Shown here: one piece after another, positions 58,274 through 64,000 of the stretch
Layout: every line of letters begins with the position of its first letter
How positions within the stretch are numbered: the first letter of the stretch is position 1
NCBI GenBank assembly: GCA_963717145.1
Contig: OY970325.1
Location: 3,968,001-4,032,000 of the forward strand
Direction: 5' to 3'
Length of the DNA: 64,000 nucleotides
From: an uncultured Armatimonadetes bacterium
GTDB taxonomy: Bacteria > Armatimonadota > UBA5829 > DTJY01
The notes under the pieces: model-generated
What the model was told of the DNA's origin: nothing
Databases searched by the model: none
The model's input: the letters and a program-made list of their open reading frames with translations, nothing else
Position numbers and translations under genes: made by a program

Positions 58274-59700
58274 GGCCGAGGACTCCCTCCCCACCACACG
58301 ATATCCCCGAGGTCCGAGTCGCTGTTGATCGGCGGCTCACGGCCACCGTCGTTCTTCATGTTCTTGCCGATGCTGTAGAGCAGGAATCCCTTGCCCTCAC
58401 GGCGGTAGATGAAATCCTTGCCGCTGAATGGGTCCTTGAGCAATTCGGTGTCCGAGGGGCGGAGTCGGGCCAGGCTGTCGGGGTACTCCCCGTGCTGACG
58501 CTCATACGAACTGAGCGCCAGGGCAATCCGGGCGATGCGTGTCTCGGCCAGGGACTCGTGCACGGCCATCTTGGCCCTGCTGAACACCGGCATGATGAGG
58601 CTGGACACGGGCACGGAGAGCTGATGTACTTCTTCCAGATCCTCCTCATTACCACGGGAAGCAGTGATCGGCACGTCGGCATCGGCGATGATCTTGCCCA
58701 TGTGGTGGAGATAAAACCGCTCGTCCGAGTAGAGCAGAGGCCTGAGAACAACTGCCAACAGCCTGGGGGAAGTCGGGCGGTTCACGTGCACTGCACTCAG
58801 GTCCATCACTTCAAATACCAACCGGGGGTCTCTCCTGATCTGCTCGAACGTTATCAGGCCCGTCGCGCGCTCGCCCTGCAGGGCCTTCCGGTAGTCCGGC
58901 CGCAGATCGGCGTCCGCGAGCAGGCTCGACAGGCGGGAGGTCTGTTCGTCGTCCAGGCTGCCATATTGCAGAGCCTCCTGGAGGTTGCGGCAGGTGATGC
59001 TGATGATCGCTCTTCGCACCAGCACTCCTATCAGAATCGGCTCGTTCGTGATTGAGTGGGCCATGCGCAAGCTCAACGAGATCGACTGCTCGGCATCAGC
59101 CATCCTCCCATCTTTCGCTGCAACGATGGCGTTGGCGTTGGCAAGCAAGGCCAGTGCCCTGAACTGAGAGTAATGCGGATATGTTGCTGTGAATCCGTCC
59201 TCCCAGCTCACCGGGAAGCGGCATTTCTCCATGGAGGCGGCGCGCTCGGCGATCTCCAGCGCCTTCTCGTACTTGCGGACGATCACGCGGGCTCTGTCCC
59301 AGCTCTCGGGGTCGGCCTTGCGCTTCTCAGCATCGGTGAATAGCCACAACTGCTCATTATCCGTGCGGTCAGCTTTGAAATCTGGCAGGAGTTGGAAGGC
59401 TTTCGCATATACAAGCGCCGCGTTCTCGGCGTCCGGGACTTTCGGTCCAACCAGCTCGGTGATGGAAGGCAGTTCGCCTCTCGCTCGGAGGGCCACCTTG
59501 TCGGCTGCGAGCATCCGACCGGTGATGAATGTGGCGATCCCATCGACAACCGCGACTACGACCAGGAACACGAGCAGAATCTTCGCCGTCCGTATCGCTA
59601 TCGGCTTAGCTCTTCGGCGCAGTCGACTGCCCAGCCGAAGAAGTCCCATGCCCATCGGCCGAAGCGTCGGGAAGTAGTCGCCGTCTACTGATCGTTTCAT
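58270..59700 (-). CDS. Paralogue of 56678-58273
   Basis: ENAALVY.KAF; YPDSL..L...DPFSGKDFIYRREGKGFLLYSIG.N.KNDGG. Confidence 0.7.
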   Translation of the reverse strand: MKRSVDGDYFPTLRPMGMGLLRLGSRLRRRAKPIAIRTAKILLVFLVVVAVVDGIATFITGRMLAADKVALRARGELPSITELVGPKVPDAENAALVYAKAFQLLPDFKADRTDNEQLWLFTDAEKRKADPESWDRARVIVRKYEKALEIAERAASMEKCRFPVSWEDGFTATYPHYSQFRALALLANANAIVAAKDGRMADAEQSISLSLRMAHSITNEPILIGVLVRRAIISITCRNLQEALQYGSLDDEQTSRLSSLLADADLRPDYRKALQGERATGLITFEQIRRDPRLVFEVMDLSAVHVNRPTSPRLLAVVLRPLLYSDERFYLHHMGKIIADADVPITASRGNEEDLEEVHQLSVPVSSLIMPVFSRAKMAVHESLAETRIARIALALSSYERQHGEYPDSLARLRPSDTELLKDPFSGKDFIYRREGKGFLLYSIGKNMKNDGGREPPINSDSDLGDIVWWGGSPRP

Positions 59701-59753
59701 GATCGCCTGCCTCCTTCGGTGTTCCTCAGGTGCATCTGACACGTGTCAGTAGA

Positions 59754-59782
59754 TTAGACAACCGAGGGAGGTCGGAAGTTCC
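59754..59782 (-). promoter_or_regulatory. ECF (RpoE-like) promoter GGAACTT-N16-GTCTAA
   Basis: Close to the RpoE/AlgU consensus; ~50 nt upstream of the ATG at 59700. Confidence 0.65.
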
Positions 59783-59862
59783 GGGGATGGATCCTGCAGA
59801 CTCTGCCATTGACCGGAGGACGCGAAACGCTCTACAATGCCCTGGGAAAGGCGGTGGACGGA

Positions 59863-61304
59863 ATGGAGCGTCGCGAGTTCTTGAAAGCAGTCGGTGGCGG
59901 CTTGTGCGTGGCAGCCGTGGGAGCAACCTCGGAGGCCGTGGCGGAGAGCCCCCGGAAGCCGAACATCATCCTCTGTATGGCCGATGACCAGGGCTGGGGC
60001 GACATGGCCTACAATGGCCACCCCGTCCTCAAGACCCCGAACTTCGACAAGATGGCCGCTGAGGCCTTACGGTTCGACCGATTCTATGCCGCCGCGCCGG
60101 TCTGCTCGCCGACGCGTGGGAGTTGCATGACCGGCCGGACCCCAACCGCTTCGGCTGCTTCAGTTGGGGCTATCCGATCCGCCCGCAGGAGGTCACCGTC
60201 GCCGAGGCGCTCAAGCAAGCCGGGTACGTCACGGGCCACTTCGGCAAGTGGCACCTCGGTCCGTCCTGAAGGGCAGTCCGGTCAATCCCGGCGCGTGCGG
60301 CTTCGATGAATGGTTCTCCGCGCCGAACTTCTTCGACAACGACCCGATCCTCAGCCGCGAGGGCGTCGCCGTTCAGACCAGGGGCGAAAGCTCGATGGTG
60401 ACGGTCGACGCCGCGCTGGAGTTCATCCGCAAGCATTCCAAGAGCGACAAGCCTTTCCTCGCGGTGGTGTGGTTCGGCTCGCCGCACCTTCCGCACAAGG
60501 CGGCCAAGGAGGATCGAGCGCTCTACGCCAACCAGAAGGACGATCTTGCGAACTATTACGGCGAGATCACCGGCATGGATCGGGCGCTGGGGAAGCTTCG
60601 CGGCGAACTGAAGACGCTGGGCATACAAGATGACACGATCCTCTGGTACTGCAGCGACAACGGCGGCATCGACACGTACAGCGTCACCGGAGGACGCGGG
60701 AGGAAGAGCCAGGTCTACGAAGGCGGCCTCCGCGTGCCGGCGATCCTCGAGTGGCCCGCACGGATCCCCAGGCCGCGCGTGACGAACGTTCCCTGCGTCA
60801 CCTCCGACTTCTTCCCTACCCTGCTCGAAGTCGCCGGCGTGACCCCGAAGAGCGGTCGGCCGTTGGACGGGATCAGCCTCATGCCGCTGATCGAGGAGAA
60901 GTCTGCGGCGAGATCGAAGCCGATCGGGTTCTGGGACATCAAGGCGGCTCGGCATCAGGACACCGACCGACGAGTGGATGACCGAACTCCTTGCGATGCA
61001 GAAGGAAGGCAAGGAGGATACCGATCCGGCCCGATTGTGTCCGGATGCGGGCAAGATCGAGAAGCAGTACGCGGAGGACGCGTTCCCCGGGCACTCGGCA
61101 TGGCTCGACTGGCCGTGGAAGCTCCACCGGATCGAAGACAAGGATTCGCAGGTCAAGCTGGAATTGTACAACCTGGCGGAGGATCCACTTGAGAAGACGG
61201 ACCTGTCCGCTCGGGAGACCGATCGGGTGAGCGCGATGAGACCGAAGCTGGAGACATGGCTGGCATCAGTCGTTCGGAGCCTCAACGGGAAGGATTACGG
61301 CTGA
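59863..61304 (+). CDS. Tat-exported sulfatase with about three frameshifts
   Basis: RREFLK signal; [17 protein letters not shown] motif; [28 protein letters not shown]. Confidence 0.88.
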
Positions 61305-61318
61305 CCGGGCGAAGCATT

Positions 61319-61405
61319 GCCCCATGATGTTGGGGAGGGAGTTGGACTCCCTCCCCCTGCGCCTAACGGGGAGGGAGTCCAACTCCCTCCCCAACATCAT
61401 GGGGC
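61319..61405. repeat. Palindromic repeat family G, copy 2, overlapping the amidohydrolase 3' end
   Basis: gccccatgatgttggggagggagttggactccctcccc...ggggagggagtccaactccctccccaacatcatggggc. Confidence 0.88.
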
Positions 61406-62673
61406 AGGTTGGTTTTCTCCTCGATGCGGAAATTCTCGAAGGCGTTCGTGCGGAGGAGGCGGCCGGCGGCATAGACCGCATACTCCTCGGTGAATCGTCC
61501 CTCGATGACCTTCTCGAACAGCACGCGGGCGATCTCCCGGCGCGCGATCCCGGAGTGGCCGTACGTGCCCTCGACGAAGATGAAGTCGCCGCCGAAGCCG
61601 TGGATCTTGGTCAGCGGAACCGTCTCCAGCATGTCGGAGAGATACCTGCGCGCGGCCGGCGGGTTGAAGATCCATGCCCAGCAGAAGTCGATCCAGACGT
61701 TCGGGAAGTTCTTGCAGATATCGATCAGCTCCTCGGTGTACGGCCATGAGATGTGGTAGATGTCGAACTTCACTTTCGGATACGCCATGATCAGCGGGAT
61801 GAGGAGCGCCGCCCGGCTGTTCCTGATGTCGTTTCCGTTGCCCTCCTGCAGGCCGGTATGGAACTTCACGGGCAGGTTGTACTCCTCGCACTTGCCCATC
61901 AAGTAGTGGACGAGGAAGTCCTCGACCGACCGCCGCTCGGATGTCGTCGGATGGCCCTTCACGACCTGCAAGAACGACCGCTCGGCCCAACTGCGCGAGA
62001 CATCCTCGAATGCGAGCGTCCTGTTATACGCCCGCCCGATCTTGAGCGCCGACGCCTGGCGCGCATACTGCTCGAAGTAGTGATCGACGACCGCCAGGTA
62101 CTCGGTCAGGCTCCCCATCGGCATGTCGGTATCCTTCGTCAAGTAATCGAAGTCCATCGGGGTGAAGTCATCGGCCATGTCATAGATGAACAGGCCGGGA
62201 TACGCCGTGCGCGGCATCACCGGGTTGAGATCCCAGCAGTTTCCCAGCGCCAATTCGATCCCGGCGCGATTGAAGACCTCCCGGGTCCACGACTCCCTCG
62301 GGACCGCGTTCATCTTCTCGCTCAATGGTTCGACGGTGTCGTCGGTGAGGTCGTCGAAGCCGTAGAGGTCCAGGATTGCGAGCCGGATGCACTCGCAGTA
62401 GCCGGTATTCCAAGAGCGCTCATACCACGGCTTGACGAGCCGCCACTTCTCCTGAGGCGACAGGCCGGAATCCATCTTCTGGACCTGCGCCATCTCATCC
62501 TGAGGCATCCCGACGGAGATCAGGTCGCAGCTCGCGTAGTGAGTGAACAGGCGTCCGAAGTCGATACGGCCCATCTCGGCGAGTTGGAACGGGAGCGTCA
62601 GATGCTCGTGTGTGTCGATGATCTGCACCTTGTCAACCTCGATGCGCATCGTGTTGTAGAGATCTGCGTACAT
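61363..62673 (-). CDS. Amidohydrolase-family protein
   Basis: IIDTHEH, VKFHTG, YHISWPY, HGFGGD. Confidence 0.85.
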   Translation of the reverse strand: MYADLYNTMRIEVDKVQIIDTHEHLTLPFQLAEMGRIDFGRLFTHYASCDLISVGMPQDEMAQVQKMDSGLSPQEKWRLVKPWYERSWNTGYCECIRLAILDLYGFDDLTDDTVEPLSEKMNAVPRESWTREVFNRAGIELALGNCWDLNPVMPRTAYPGLFIYDMADDFTPMDFDYLTKDTDMPMGSLTEYLAVVDHYFEQYARQASALKIGRAYNRTLAFEDVSRSWAERSFLQVVKGHPTTSERRSVEDFLVHYLMGKCEEYNLPVKFHTGLQEGNGNDIRNSRAALLIPLIMAYPKVKFDIYHISWPYTEELIDICKNFPNVWIDFCWAWIFNPPAARRYLSDMLETVPLTKIHGFGGDFIFVEGTYGHSGIARREIARVLFEKVIEGRFTEEYAVYAAGRLLRTNAFENFRIEEKTNLPHDVGEGVGLPPR

Positions 62674-62689
62674 GATTTCTCCTGTATTC

Positions 62690-63151
62690 TCATTTCAGGT
62701 CCAGACGGTAGCGGCATACCTGTCTGAGTCCCCTCTGATACATATCGTGGTGCCCGGGCAGAGGCACTATCTCGATCATCTCCGCGCCGAGACGCTCGCA
62801 GGTTCTGCGAGAAGGAGCGTTCTCCGGGTCGCAGGTGATCCAGATCGTGTCGAGACCATGGGCCTTGGCCAGCGGGAGGACGAGTCGACATGCTCGCTCG
62901 GCGTAGTGGTTGCCACGGTGCTCCGGCTGGACGCTGTATCCGATGTGACCGCAGTACGTGATGACATCGTCAGTGTTGCCGACCCGAAGATTGAGCCCGC
63001 CTGCCTTCCGCCCACCAACCCTCATATCGAATACATAGGCAGGCAGCCAACTGCGCTCCGGTTCGGCAGGCAACGTCTTGACGACCACAACCTCAATCTC
63101 GCCGTCAACCAGCGGGCCGGGATCGATGAATTCAAAGTCCTGATTTGTCAC
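62690..63151 (-). CDS. GNAT family N-acetyltransferase
   Basis: GHIGYSV.PEHRG, ITCDPEN.PSRR.CE.LG. Confidence 0.88.
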   Translation of the reverse strand: MTNQDFEFIDPGPLVDGEIEVVVVKTLPAEPERSWLPAYVFDMRVGGRKAGGLNLRVGNTDDVITYCGHIGYSVQPEHRGNHYAERACRLVLPLAKAHGLDTIWITCDPENAPSRRTCERLGAEMIEIVPLPGHHDMYQRGLRQVCRYRLDLK

Positions 63152-63185
63152 TATTCACTTCCCTCAGAATGACAGTGTGAACCGC

Positions 63186-64000
63186 TCACTCCCTGTACGG
63201 TATCCACACCACCATCTGCGACGGGCCGCGGTTCGCCCAGGCATAATATGGGATCGCGGTCATCCGTGGCTCCTCCATCTCGAGCTTGACGCTGCCGAGA
63301 TCACGGTAAAGCGGCCCACGATCCTGCCCCGGCTCCGGATAGAGCCCGGTGGCCTCGATCGTCACGATGCCGCCGAGGAGCTTCGGCTTGGCATCGGCGC
63401 GCAGCGGCTCCTCGAGATGCAACTCGACATCCCTCATCGGCACATTGGGGTTGTCCGGGCTCTCCAGGCAATAGACGACCGGCCCGCGCTGGATGGCGAC
63501 GGAACCGATATCCTCCCGGACGCGCGGATCGGCCTCCTGGAGCGTGATCGGCATCGGTAGTTCCAGGACGATGGTGTCTCCCGGATGCCACGTGCGCCTG
63601 ACCTCCAGGTAGCTGCAGGGACGCGCGCCTCGCGGGGCTTCATTGTTGACAGCCACTGTGGCGGTCTCGCACCAGGCCGGGACGTATATGAACACCGAGA
63701 ACTCGGACGGTTCGTCGGGGATGACCTTGATCTCGACCGTGCCGTCCCAGGGGTAGCCGGTCTCCTGCTCGATGGCGATTCGGCGGCCGTCGTGCAGATG
63801 CCAGTCGAGCCGGTTGTTGTCGAAGAGATGGATCCATACGCCCTCGTCACTCGTGCTGTAGAAGTAGCCGGGGAGCGACGGGAACAGGCGGACGACATTG
63901 GTCGGGCAGCAGGTGCAGTCGAACCAGGGTACGCGCTTGTAGTCGTCTCGGAAGTTGGCGAGCGGGTTCACGTAGAAATACTCTGCGCCGTCGAGCGAGA
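63186..64000 (-). CDS. GH127 beta-L-arabinofuranosidase-like protein, 5' part outside the window
   Basis: YVNPL, WFDCTCCPTN..R, YPWDG, A.QRGPVVYCLE, IPYYAWANRG...M.VW. Confidence 0.9.
   Translation of the reverse strand, partial: SLDGAEYFYVNPLANFRDDYKRVPWFDCTCCPTNVVRLFPSLPGYFYSTSDEGVWIHLFDNNRLDWHLHDGRRIAIEQETGYPWDGTVEIKVIPDEPSEFSVFIYVPAWCETATVAVNNEAPRGARPCSYLEVRRTWHPGDTIVLELPMPITLQEADPRVREDIGSVAIQRGPVVYCLESPDNPNVPMRDVELHLEEPLRADAKPKLLGGIVTIEATGLYPEPGQDRGPLYRDLGSVKLEMEEPRMTAIPYYAWANRGPSQMVVWIPYRE

Noticed and set aside
59863-61304. Sulfatase split into several ORFs
   Set aside because: One gene with about three indels and an intact CSPTR motif; probably an assembly artefact.

Overview
GC-rich bacterial chromosomal window of about 45 genes. 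It is most consistent with an anaerobic Armatimonadota-like lineage; this is an inference from the PEP-CTERM proteins, H-X9-DG pilin-like paralogues, a shared C-terminal domain on secreted proteins, a glycyl radical enzyme and a Re-citrate synthase-type operon. Housekeeping content: CzcA-type RND pump (partial), queC, a Re-citrate synthase/aconitase/IDH operon, csp, dnaK-dnaJ-hspR with a HAIR operator, a HigBA-like toxin-antitoxin pair, and many carbohydrate enzymes. No CRISPR array, rRNA, tRNA, integrase or transposase was seen. Main candidates for undescribed biology: (1) three ORF-free structured RNAs, each running from a GGAAC(T/C)-N16-CGT ECF-type promoter to its own intrinsic terminator, two with exposed anti-Shine-Dalgarno CCUCC motifs; (2) an ECF sigma factor fused to two membrane-less PilC/GspF domains and HEAT repeats; (3) a conserved ~190-aa C-terminal domain shared by three unrelated secreted proteins, a possible surface-sorting signal; (4) several families of dispersed palindromes, three of which sit in frame inside enzyme genes; (5) a degenerate CheC plus a GT4-TPR-GT4 cluster whose four products all end in -AA. 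Scattered single-base frameshifts look like long-read assembly errors. All calls come from reading the sequence by eye; no searches were run.
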